64,000 nt of DNA, taken from NCBI GenBank assembly GCA_963924565.1, contig OZ004613.1:20274001-20338000 (forward strand). The letters run 5' to 3'. Position numbers and translations under genes: made by a program. The stretch comes from Ascidiella aspersa (Eukaryota). Below, piece after piece: positions 13,733 to 27,242 of the stretch. How positions within the stretch are numbered: the stretch's first letter is position 1; every line of letters starts with the position of its first letter. The notes under the pieces are model-generated. The model saw nothing but the letters and a program-made list of their open reading frames with translations. It was not told the origin of the DNA and did no database searches.

Positions 13733-16700
13733 ATTTATCCAAAAGACTTACGTCAAGTTATTTTGGAAAAAAATACATAAGTGAAGTTATGACTTAAATG
13801 CACTCCAAGTCATTGAGTGCAGTCGTAACAACACTGGCTATAGGTTGATATGTGCATTTTATGCTATTGTAAAAGAAACTTGAATTTGGCTGAAAACATG
13901 CCGCTTTTGGTGGTCCCGTTAACTGGGGAAAAAGGTGTTGGGATACGACATTGCGTGTCAAACGGGCGTCGCGCTCACTGTGCGTGTTTTTTTATTCCGC
14001 CCTATCATTCTATTTCGTCCTTTGTTGACGTTCCACTCGCTGCGTTCGCTCTTTAATTTATTGTATACGCATTACAGAAATAGCAAGGTGTCCTCCCGAC
14101 CGACGCTCTGCCTACATTAAGAAACAGACGGCTATAGCTGAAAACCGTCGTTGAAAAAAGTCAGTCTTTCCAGGATTCGCGATTTGGCCTGAAAATGACG
14201 GGTTGTACACGCCGTTGCGGATTTGTTTAGTAAAGTTCGGTCATCCGATCCGTTACCAATTACAAAAATCAAAGCAATGTAATTGGACGGCATGGAACCA
14301 TTGTAACTGTAATATTTTCTGAAATTGCGATTCGCGTTTACAAACCTAAAGTTTCCCACAAAAATTATAATTCGAGTTGTTGGTAATCTGCTTCACCTTA
14401 AATACCGTCATTAATTGTGTAGCAAACGTATGCTGGGATTACAGCATGCCAAAAAGGTACCAGGTATGCTTTTCATCCGATATAATTAGACGATCCTAAC
14501 ACGTGCGTTGAAATCGTGCACAAGATATCACGACAAAGCATTAAGATGAGTTTAGTATATAAATTGTTTCTACAAGTAGGAACAAAAATAATAAATTGAA
14601 CCAACTATTCGTGTTTATGTCAAACACTTGCACATAAACCCATTTTAAAAGCTGCTTTTAATAAACCAAACTGCGAAACAACGTAACAGAGAGCTTCAAA
14701 AACTCTCAGCAAATTGCATATACATCTAAAAATTGTTTACGATAGTAGGAAAAAAGAGAAAGAGAAACTTGCAAATAAACATTTCAGGTTTTAAATAACT
14801 TTTTACTTGAACAGGTTTGTTCCAACGACGTCTCCTGGGAATCAATTATTTATAAGTAACCTTTTCTTTCCCTAAACATCTTCCATGACGGTTGTGTGCT
14901 TATTAATGCCAGCCTTACAACTAAACAACACTTCGACTGAAAAAAACACACAGAAACATCCAGTAAATTTCGATAAAAAGTAAATGCGATCTAGTTAAAG
15001 CCAACACATATTCCCGTTAAACGTATTTTTAGCAATTTAGGATAACTAATGTCTCATGTTGTGTTTGACAACAGTCCCTTTTCTACGCAACATTAAGCAG
15101 ACCCGACTTAATCAACGCTGTTTACACGTGGCTGTTTTGCAAATCTGGCATTTTGTGAGATTGTTAAACAACGTCATAGGCATGGCAAAAGAACAACAAA
15201 GGTTAAAGAATACCCAAATCAACTTTATTAAAAGACGGAATAAGGATATTTACTAGGATAGCCTATATCTCAAAATAAAAAATATTCCTGACATTTTGGC
15301 GTTATTCGAAGTTTTGTAGTCGGTTGTTCTTAACTATAGTAAACAATTAAAAAGATAAAAAGACATCACTTACTTTTTCGGCTGTGGTCGGCGGCGCTTT
15401 TTGGCGGCGTACTGTGTTCCAACTTGGTTTGTATTGCTCCCTGGCAATGATGACATATTTACACAGGACAGGTTATGGGGCTAAATCGTATCGTTATGCT
15501 TTTTCACTTTTATGCATAACCTATGCCAGCCGTAGGTAAATGCACGTACTTAAAGTTCGAAAAGCTGGGATTTTGTATATATTTAACCGTTATACCTAAT
15601 TTTTCACTAGTTAGCGTAATATCTAAAAATCAAAGATCCGTTATTATTTTTGATATAGGTAGGTATGGCGCCTACCCTAAACGTTTAACTTTCTAGCGCA
15701 AAACAACAGCCTTAAGGCAGCCATATAACTTTGTCGGCGCCGAGATGGAACTGTGCGATTTCTGCCCTTTTTCGCAAACCAGCATTCAGGCTCTTTCGTG
15801 CGCCGCGCAACCGCACATACATGCGCCAGTGCACACCCACGTCTAGCACGAATCGATCACGTAAACATGTTAAAACTTTTTCCTCAATTCTTGCTTTTGT
15901 TATTGATGAACCTTATTTAAGCTAGCCTGCGGCATTCATACAAGTCTGTTTGTAATTGCGATTTCAGCAGGCAATTTTTGCTAGCTCGGCGGCGGTCTTA
16001 GGCTGTAGACTTTTATTTTAATATTTGTGATTTTTTTGACTAGTAATGTTTACAACAGTGAATTTCCGCCTATGTTACCTCTTTCACGGATTTTATTCAT
16101 TCAGCAAACATAATTTACTGTGCGATTACACCTGGTTTTTCATAAACTGACCTTTTTTATATATACCAATTTTCTTTTGTTGTGGGAAAATAAGGCCACA
16201 GATGTTTATCCTGTACAAAGGGCCTACATACAATGTTATATATGTTGCGTTGTCAACGACCTTTTGTGTCAGGACAGTGGCTTTTCTGTTTATCATTCGA
16301 GGGTAAATGATTAACCATTTACGAACTGTAACCCACCACACGTGTTATCAAGCCTTTTGATTCTTTCGTAACAGAGCCATTCATACGAAATCTATTGCGT
16401 TTTGGAAAGCTAAGGGACATTTTTTACGGCATCCTTGTTTTTGTTTATTTCAAATTCGATTTTCGAGAAGTAAATCGGCTGAAGCCCATTTCCAGGCCTG
16501 AAGTTAAAATACTATTCATGAGCATACCAACTAAATTGAAAGGTCACAGTACTCACAGTACAGTTTGATATAGAGGAAATATGTATTTAAGAAAAATTGT
16601 TGCAAGACCACCAGTAAAAACAACGCAGTTTATCAACATTTCACACTGCACAGTTTGATTAGAGCAAAACACAAATAGTCCAAATACGCTTCGCATTATT

Positions 16701-19700
16701 TCAACGAAGACGTACAATGTTTTTGACTACGACATTTCTGCATTAATTTTGTAGGCTTAACAAATAAACTTAACAATTTCAAACATGTGGACCAACAATA
16801 AAAATATCAAAAGACTAGTGTTTTTTTAGTGTATAAAAAAGTTAGATCATATTTCCCGTCAAATCGTTTAGCCTAGTACACAACGAAATTTAATTTCTTG
16901 GTACTAGGGCAAAAGGCAGTGTTCCTTCCAAGCCTTAAGGTGTGCAAATGGAGAGCACCACCAAAACTATTGCGCAGTAAAATTTGCCTTTCGTGTCATA
17001 CATCACAAAAAGACTTTTCATATTTTTCTATGTTTACTAAAACAAGTTTCTATGTTTACTAAAACAAACGTTTGCTAAATATGGAATTTTTCGGATGGAA
17101 AACTACTAGTACAAAGTAAATACCGGGTAATATGTTAACGAACAGAGGTAGAATGAAAAACTAAGAGTTTAGGACAAAATCACAAAAAATGGGTAAATGG
17201 CACCTTTTCGTATTGCATTGCTGTGTATAATTACGTTACTTTCTCTTAATCCGTAAACAACAACAGTTAACACGCGGAAAAAAGGTTTACACCTCTCTGG
17301 CACAAAACGTGTTTGTTTTCCATCCTGGATGTCTTTCCTGCGCCAGCTTGTCGTTTTTTACCTCGTCGCCCCACTGGAACAACATGAAAGAAAAGAAAAG
17401 CACCATGACGCTTCACGCTTGGTCGCACTGTTTCGTGCGTCCGCAATGCGGAGTCACCATTAACAATTGTAGGGCTCGACACGCATCACAAATGCCCATG
17501 CTGCTGCTGTTGCCTCTACTGCTCCACCGATCGCCTATTTTCAATGCCAGCGCTTACTATTATCCGGTTGACTTGTTTCGGCTTCAGCTATTGGCTACAC
17601 CTTGCGTACAAAAACTCTGCCCGGGAGAGGAAGTATTGTGTCTGAAAAACAAGCTCTTGACTCATTGGTTAGCTCAGTGACGCGTACAGTCCAACGGGAA
17701 CGTTCCTGGTTATACGAACTTTCTAGGTGATACGTCATCAGTCACCACACGTTTTGAACATAACATTGGTTGACAAACGTTTCCATACTAAATTTTGCGC
17801 AGATTTCTAATAAAGTTGAATACTGCTCCTACTTTTAAATTCTAAGTGAAAAACACGTCAATTGTGAGTGCATTTCGTTATCTAACATTTCTAGTGATCC
17901 GGTTGACTTGTCAAAACGTGGTTTGCCATTTCCGATCTAATATTTATTTTTTCTGGAGCTCAACGTTCCGTGTGTCCTTCAGCAATTTTTTTCTCCAATT
18001 TTTTTCTGCATCTGTTACCACTGCTTGTCTGGCAATACGTTTTAATGAGACATTCTGCATTTCCTCTGAAACTGGTGTTCGTAAATTTACGCAAAACACT
18101 TACACAAAAATATTTTAACCTGTAGCCACATATTGAACCAAACTAAGAAAGGTAATTACTTGTGGTATTGCTATAAGTTGTTTCAACCAATAACTATCTA
18201 ATCAATATTATAAATCATATTTGTCATTCGATACAAAATTAAAAACATTTTAAACCATAAAATAAGAAGCAACAGCAGAGAGATTGCGTTAAACCTTAAC
18301 TATGGGAAGCTACGTATATATTTTACATATATAATTACACTTTTTTGTTGTTTTATGTAGTAAAAGTGACATAATTGTTTAAACTTCGCTTTACAGGCAT
18401 GTACAATACTTAACTCTGAAAGAACTTTAACATTAACGGAAGTTTAACGTCGCACCAAGCGCGTGTTTCACAATTTTTTTGTAGTTTCCCAGCCAAGCAA
18501 TATTAGTATTTGCAACAGATCCAGTTGGAGTGTGCGGCAGTAATTGCATCAACCGCATCCTATTTTACCAGGTCGAGACTTTCGCCCACATCACTTGTAG
18601 TGTATTTGGCGCCATAATGACAGGTTGAGCTTCTCAGCCGCCACAAAGCCAGTGTGCCAACGTGGACCGTAATTTTACTACAATTAAGTACTTCAGGTCA
18701 AACGGCCCGACATCGTATTATATCTGTTCAGGCTGACTGGTCCTTTTTTGATGGAATTTAGCCGTTTAAGCCACACCTGCTTTAAATTGTTGACTTGCCT
18801 GAAGGCGTATTACGAACTGACATCAACAAACAACTCCGTATGGTTGCTTACAGATATGCGACTGATTGCTGGTTCACAAGGCAGCTAACATAAACACCAT
18901 CCTAATGAACACAAACAAGCTATTTATGCATTTCTCGATTAAAATGTAAATTATTTCTTTTTACTGTCAACTCTGAGAAACCTTGGTACATAAACATTCG
19001 AACGTGACTAAATAAATAACAGAACAACAGGATTTTAGGGGCCTGTGGATAGAATGAAACTTAGTAATGTTTGGTAAAAATAATCGCTCAAAAGAGTCAA
19101 ACTTGAAAAAATTTACACGTTGTGTAAAAAATTGTCAACTTCGTAAAATTGTGACAACAGTGAAAAGCACAGAAACTGTACAAATTCGACAGGATCGTTT
19201 AATATTTGAACAAACTTTTGGTCACGAGGGTGAAGATGAAAATAAAGTACTTGATCACAGAATAGAGTGCAAAATCACAAAAAAATATATATATATTTAT
19301 CGTAAGGCAGGGATCCGCAAATACATTTTAGCGCTAACCAAAATGACTATATATAGGCCTAGTCCAAAAGTTTAACGACCCAAATATACTTCGCCAGTTG
19401 TTATTTTTTAAATAGCTTCGTTAAAAGTGTGTGTTTAGCAATGTTTTATTACATTGTAAAAGTTAGTAGGCTACAAAAATAATAACGTATTGTGTATCGA
19501 ATTATAATGATAAGTGTTCTGCCTTTTGTTTATTTTAAAAGAAAAGGTTTCAATAGCATTTCAACATAACTAAATTAAATTTAAGCTAAAAAATATTTTC
19601 TGACATTATGTATGAGTTTTCTGACATTATGTATGCCATATTACGATGACAAAATTTACTTAGGATCTCATATTATTTCTCAGTGTTTGCAGCCCCATCA

Positions 19701-22700
19701 ACACGCGCCATAATTAGGTACGGGATTCTCTTTGAGGTTAATGTAATAATCACTGACCAGAAAAAATGTGACGTCATAACGCAATAATGGTTAAAACGTC
19801 ATAATACAAGAAGTTCACTTTAGAGAACCCTTCTTTGTTCAGCCAAACTCTTTCGCACAAATGCGCAAAGCGCGAACAAATTACCTGTATCTGGTTTCGG
19901 TTGTCAAAACTTTTCATTTATATGGACAAACGACTCATTGGTAGCACAAATTGTCATTTTAATACAGCCAATTCCATATTCTTATCTAAATCCATATTCT
20001 TATCTAGATTAGGCTTACATAAGGTTTAGTTTATTGAGTTCAACGTGCTCAAGACGCTTTGATTTCAGAGTAAGGAATGAAAAACAAATATTTTCTCTAA
20101 CAAAACGTCGAAATCAAAATAAGGTTCCAGCTATACAAATGAGTTTGGTATTTCGGTAGTAAGGTTAGCCAAAATAGCATTTGGGTGCAAGGTCTCGTCC
20201 AATCCCGTAGCCCGAACTACGTCATTACGACATTTTACTAAGCTTATCGTGTATGTGTCTTGTGACAATGCTTGCCACGCTTGGTGTAAATAAGTTTAAC
20301 ACGGGGGCCCAGGGGGGCTCTCTTAGTATTTAGTTTTGTATACAACATAAACAAAAAAACTTTGTGTTTTGTTGTGTGATCAGTTTAGTAAATATAAGGT
20401 AGAAATATTGGTCCTACGTTTTAAATTTTGGTAAGGAATGAAGTAAAATTTTTCAGGCCGTTGAATCGCAGAAGGGTCAGTTTTCGCAACAAATAAAGGC
20501 TTGGATATGTTAAAATTTAACCCTCTTTATACTTCACGCTTTTAAAACACAGTCATTGCATTTGAAACTTAATAATCTAAAATCATGGCTATATGAGGTG
20601 CATTTATTATGTCTGATTTTCCAAAATATTGTTTGTCATAACTGCGCTTGCTATCACGAGTTCACTGAGTTGCATCCTAGGGTTTCGCCGGAAATATAAT
20701 TACCTAGCGGTTAAAATTGATTCCAAGGCACTTGAACGTATGACGCCAAGAACATTATATGCCAACTTTAATGTCGCAAATTCACTGTCAACTACGTTTG
20801 ATAACTGTAGTTTATTCAAGAGGATTACAACCTCCGATCAGATCCGTGGGGTATATGCTTGCTTTATAATGACGGCGAACGCCCCGGCCACATCAACAAA
20901 CAAGCGACTTATCGCTGGCATCGGCAACAAAAACATGCAAGATTCGCTTCTCAAATTCGCATCAGAACCTCCCTCTTCCACCGAGTCTAATTCATCAATG
21001 TCACGGTGATAGCAACATGCACTTATATTCAGGCTGATGATCAGATTCAGGTCGGATCATGTTGACATTGACTGTAAAGCAATAAGGTTAAGTTGTTATT
21101 TATTCTGAAGTCACAGCTTGTTTAGCCTTAAAATTGCAAAGTGTGCAGATTGTTTAGCCTTAAAATTGCGCCAGAAAGTTATACAACCAAAATTCACGCA
21201 CTATTGACAAATCTCTAATTGATAATATATATCACAAAGTTAAAATGCTGGATATGACATTATCTAATAGACATATTTCAAAGCTCATGAACGAAGAATG
21301 ATAACAACAAATGCTTTGAAGTTTTGAGATACAGCCTACCTCGAAAACTGTCGAAAATACTTAATATGACACGGACACCTGATGGTAGCGTTTTCCTATG
21401 AAACTGCATAAATACATATAACGATAGATTTATTGAAGTGTTGACACACTAACAATATTCAAGCGTAGACATTACATCTTTTTTATCTATCCAGTCAAAT
21501 TTTCCATTATATCGAGCAACGGGCTTAACTTGTTTGCTCAACACGTCATAAAACCTTCAAAATTACCTTTAAAAATGTAACCATTCAGGGTAAAAAAACA
21601 TTGAGGGTATACGGAAAATACTTTTTTGCCTTTCCAAACATATAAAAATTTTACCCGTTTAACGAAATGAAGCAAGTATTTAGTTGGGGATGAGATTTGC
21701 CTTCATATGCATATTTGGCCACTGTAAAATCTAAGAAGCGATGCAAATATTTTTGTAAAGATTGACAAAACTTAAGTGCACAGTTCTTTATTATTACGTC
21801 ATACTGCGCTATATGCTTGTTCCCTGTTATTTATTACTACAGCTTAACATTAAATCAGGTTTTACATTATATCATGGCATTATACCATAGGAGCTGCTTG
21901 CGGTTAATATTATATGGTTTATAACACATCATCAACGAAGTTTATTACGAATAAGTTTGTAATATAAATTCGGCTCAAATGCTTTTGGAAAAAGCTTGTA
22001 GGCCTACCTGCTTTTATAGTGGCATATTTCTAGGGTTATTTGTAGGCGCTGTTTTAGGGGAGCAATTGAGCTAAATTAGTGGTTGAAAGAGTCCACGGAA
22101 TAAAAAAAGGTTATGAACCATTTGTGTAGGCATTTCTAACTGCTATATAAAACCAACTAAGACATAGTTAGCATACAAGGGCTTCTATACCAATAACAAG
22201 AATACCCATTGAATCTGTGTGCACAGTTCTGCTTACATAATGTATTGCTGGTAATGGTTTATGAGTAACGCAGTCCATTGCTGAAACACATATCGACACG
22301 CTTTGATGCGTTTTCTTGCTTGGAAAGATGCCATGGGCGACTGCCGACAGTGTTAGTTTAGTAAACAAGTTTAAAAAGTTTTTTTGTCCAGTCCTCACCG
22401 GATTACTATTAGAAACTTCTAGAGAAAAAGTGTTATTTACGACATTTTAATTTTACGAATCTGGATACGGAATAAGCTAAAATGAAATATTTGAAAAGCT
22501 GTTAAATATTCGACGTTTTAAGCAAAAGTGTAGCGTCAAGAGAAGAAAATAGTACATTATTAAAACCTAGCTTGCTTTGTAAGAAAATTTTCACTGTGAA
22601 TCTTTTAATCTTTCCCATATGTGTCACCCTTTTTAGCACCAAAAGGAGCCCTATGTACTGAAGCACTCTTTTAACCAAAAGTTTGTTAAAGATAATGTAT

Positions 22701-25199
22701 TTTTCGCGCTTCGATGAAACACATTCCTATATAAACAAAAATTAGGATCTGCCGTTTTTCAAATCTCTGAAACATCCCGACGTTTTGCTTCCAACCACAT
22801 TTAAATCGCCGCAATTTGCTCAGAAAATAATTCATCTTCGTACAGAGTTTTAGGTGAAGAAAAGGTTATCGAAAAAATAATCTCTGAAAAGCTTAGCAAA
22901 AAATATTAAAATTGTGTCGTTTTTCGTGTTTTATGAAAAAACAATAGTGGAGCAAATTGCATCATACTGCCATAAAAGACGACCAGCATCTGAATTTCTT
23001 TAATTACTGACACGGTTACCAGTGCGAGACATCTAGCGCTACGATGTCCCCAGCAGCTCCAGCATCGCAGAAAACAAAACAGTATTTTGTCAGATACTTC
23101 GTAATATAATCGACCAATCTGAACCACTTGCTATAGTGAATCGCACAATGATACTCAAGATCGTTTGACATTCCATACATGAAAGGATGCACTAGCGACC
23201 CGTCAGCATAATCTAGCACTCGAGAAATGACAGTTGGAGTTTAATTGCGCATTGTTCGCAAAGGTAATTGCTTGTTTTGTTAAGCAGTCAAGGTCAGGCG
23301 GTCACCAACCACATAACTGGCTGTTCTTTGTTTCGATAAAGGTCGTAAAGTTTAAAGTACCGATATACGTAAAAACAGTTGTATTGTGTAGCTTTTAAAA
23401 TTACTTACAACCACGTATAAGCTTCCGAACGAAACTCATTTAATGCAATTGAATTAAAAAAATGGTATATTAGAAAAAATGTGTTTCGCTTACCGTTTCT
23501 GTTCTGCCTTGCAGTATAATTTAATTTAGCAGATAAACCGTCATAATTGTTAACTGGCAGGAAAAATGTTTAACTGCGAGTAAAAAATGTGATTAATATG
23601 GTTGCAGTAAATAAAACAAGTTTTCACCGTTTTGTGACACGCTTACATTTAATGTTGTCGCAAGGTGGCGTACATTATCTGAAATGTTTTAAAGCGAATG
23701 AAAGACAGTGATTTTAGCACATCCCTACCAAAGCTATTTACGATTTAATACAAAGATCTTCACAAATTCTTCACAACAAAACCTCACCTGAATTGTCATC
23801 GGACATTAGGATTCTGGGATGCAAGTCTGCCGTGGAAAAGCATTAATTTTAACTCGTACAATGCAACGATAGACAACGAACAAAGAAGCTTCCAAACAAA
23901 TCAATCTTGGGTACTATTGGAGCAAATGATTTCCATTATTCGTTTGGTAAAATAGGATTTAACCAATGTGCTTAAAAAAGGATGAACTAGGATGCTATCA
24001 ATGCAAACACAACAAAATCGTGCACCATATTTGTGTCTCGTTACGTTGCCTAATTACTGGGCAAACGTGAAAGTTGAGAGACTATTCTATATTAGCCTGT
24101 TTATAAAATTGGTTTCAAATTCTCTAAGCTAATCGGAATTAGGACTGCGTTTTTACGATTATAAAATGAAGTCTTTTTATCCGCTACCATTCAAACAAAC
24201 TAAAAAAAGACTGTTTTTTACCATCTTTTACAAAAGAGCTTTGTACAGTCTTACTGTTAAAAAATACTGTTAATTTTACTAAATTCATTGGCAGCAAATC
24301 TACAGACCGTCATTATATAGTTTTTTAGATTTAATCGTGTCCATTGTGAAAGTTAATACGCACGGTTATTGTCGTTGACTTCAAAGTTTGTTCATATTAC
24401 TATGATTTTTGTTATATAATTTAAAAAAGTTTCTGGCATCAAATTAGCATGAGAACCTGTGAACTTTACGGAACATAGGAAACAGTTTTGTTTTTAGAAC
24501 TGTATTCTGGGAGTCACGCACACCGAATTATATGTGATGTTTAAAAGTTTTAATGCCGATAAAAGAAATATTTTTTTCAATCTATTTTAAACAGGCATCT
24601 TTTTTAAGCTTACACAAATTATTTTATGATCCCAGATAAATATGAATAGTGGATAGAAAGTATTGCATTGATTTTGGAATATGTGTAATAACAAATACTT
24701 TTGTAAACGCGATATTATTAGGCGAAACTTTTTGTTGTTGATAGTTTTATAGTAAGCATGGCGCCTTTAGTCTGAAGAAATTCACTCATAAAGACATACA
24801 AGTGCTGCAGATTCGAACAATGTTTAATCAGTTTAATATTTTTTAGACAAAATGCTTGTATCGTAAAAAAAAGGGGCCATTATCTATAATTATACAAGCC
24901 ATAGTGTTTAAAAATAACGAACATTAAGAAATTTTAATTGTTCAGTTTTCGGGTTTATTATCGCATTATTAAAGAATAACCGAACCATTGTTGATATAAG
25001 ATTTCTAAACAATAACTGTGTGTGTGTGTTTTTCATTGAAAACAAAAGACGCTTATAAAAAAATGGTGTGTCGATTTTAAATGTAATCGCTTTCCGTCAG
25101 TCATTTTCTAACTAAAACTAAAGCAATATTTTTGTTTTTGAATTTTTGATTCTGACATATTCTAAGAATTGTTTATCCGCTTTTTAAAAAGTTTCAAAG

Positions 25200-27242
25200 T
25201 TTACAATTAGATGTTTCACAGTCACGCAGATAAATTTAATAATTTATAACGCGCCATTCGATTAAATGTGGCTTCAACAAAGGTTGAAGGTGCACAGTGA
25301 CTCAAATTGTGGCGAAGCATTTCGTTAACCCATTTCAGGGACAATCAGCGAAAATAGTCCAGGGACGACCAACACATATGCTGTATAACAATTTATACTA
25401 CCATTTTTCCATGACCGGCGAAATTCAAAAACCGCATCACATGTTTTAAAATGTCTATTTACCGAACGTGTAGTGCCACGATAGTGCAACGTTTAGGGTT
25501 AAGTAAAATATTAAGGTTTAGGTTTGTTAGTTATTCCCGATCGCTTTACATATCAGGAAATTTCGTTGCGTTGGAGCTGGTTAGGTTAGCGCCTATTTAC
25601 TAAACACTTCCGAGAATGATAGGGCGCAGGAAACACGTATTTGTTAGGGCCGACCATCGCCTTCGCTAAATCACAATGGTGTTGCAACTACAATACTACA
25701 ATGCCCGTATCCTTAAATGGTTTTATTTTAAATGTGCATTTTCACGAACTATTATAGACACAATGCATAATTAACTTTCGGTTACATGCGAAATAGCCAC
25801 AAGTAATTTTTAAATCATCGGCTATAAAGCGAGATATGAGCACATTGAAACGTTGTGGGTCAACATAATAGGTAATGGTGATTAACAGGGAACAACTTGA
25901 TGGCCACCCGAGAACGAGTTGGTACCGGGATTACATATTTGTTTTAAATATGACGCCAATCGACCATTTGCCGCTTTCACACAGGTCGTTTTCAAATAAG
26001 GTCTTACTGGTATTGTTGGAAATCATTTTTTATTTTACACACAATTAGTGGCATAGTGACGATCTGCTTCCAGTGCCATTGTTGTTTTACTATTATACGC
26101 TATCCGATCATTGCGAAATACCCATAAAGCACATAATACAAAATTCATTTTACCTAACGCGTCTCAAGCGAGCGTCGTTGCAACACTCTTGAAACATCGT
26201 CCTGGCAATTTTCACTTTTAAACGATCACGGGTTGCAAACTTCCTTATGGTATGCTATCTCACGCAAAAGTTATCAGAGTTTGCAAAATATCGCGTTTAA
26301 TGCGGTGATTAACAAGTAAGCAATTTTTACTTTTGAACACGATCCTGATTTTTCTTAGATTGTACGCCGGGTTTGCTTAAATATCATAACAGTTGTATCC
26401 CAAGCTTTTCGGGTATTGTAGAACAAACTTTCGTTTTTCCACAAAAACTTTTTTCCACAATTTGACAGTGATTTAAGCTAAAGCCTAATTGCTTCTCATA
26501 GTGGGTTTAACCACTCAAAATTTAGGCAGAGTTCGCAAAATATCGCGTTTATTACAGCGGTTTTAACAGTAAGCAATTTTACTTTTTGGTTCATATGTAT
26601 ACAAAGACTAATCTTGTCTTAAAAGACCAAGAATTGAATTTGATTTTTTACAGTCGCGCGGATAATAGCGATAATAATGCATTCCACGCCGGTCGATTTA
26701 ATGTAGCTTTCATTAACTCAGACTTCATCATATAAGGAGGTATTTTTATTGTGGTAAACCATTAAGTTGGCCCGGTTCACAGGAAAAATCTTTGCGAAGT
26801 TAAGACTTTCGTGCTCAGTGTTTTCAAAACAGTGTGGAATTGTCAGTACTTTGCGGATTAGTTTGTTAATGTTGCGTTTTCAAGCAAAATTCATACTTTC
26901 GTCACGTTTAAATGCAGTGTATTGTCTTATGATAGCCAACGTGGCTTCAGCAAAATGACTACAATTTACTGAGATGTTTATCGCCATGAATTACACTTAA
27001 GGGCGATAGACGTTGGAGGCCATATGTATTACCGCCTCTTTATTAAACCTATACCCGACAATAACATGCAATAGTGATGAAGCGACGACAGTACTATAAT
27101 GGATTGTTTTATTTTGTTTAACCACGCAAATTTCAGATTATAATTTACATATCCAGTATACCTATATCAGTCGTTTATTAATTAGAGTTAGACTGGTATA
27201 TACTTTATATAACCTGGGCAACGCCGGGTATTTCATGTATAG
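25200..27242 (+). mobile_element. Non-autonomous Helitron remnant (left arm of IR1)
   Basis: 3' hairpin-type end cctgggcaacgccgggtatttcatgtatag; body similar to the element at 43848-46701. 5' boundary approximate. Confidence 0.6.

Noticed and set aside
17267-17482. ORF containing GRRGKKRQ as a possible AHR first exon
   Set aside because: No in-frame ATG before the basic stretch and no convincing donor/phase combination.
20160-20340. Possible tRNA-derived SINE remnant
   Set aside because: No clear A/B boxes or second copy in the window; no tRNA cloverleaf could be supported.
23016-23219. ORF with YITKYLTK, reminiscent of a rolling-circle Rep motif
   Set aside because: No HUH motif or other supporting context; likely chance.
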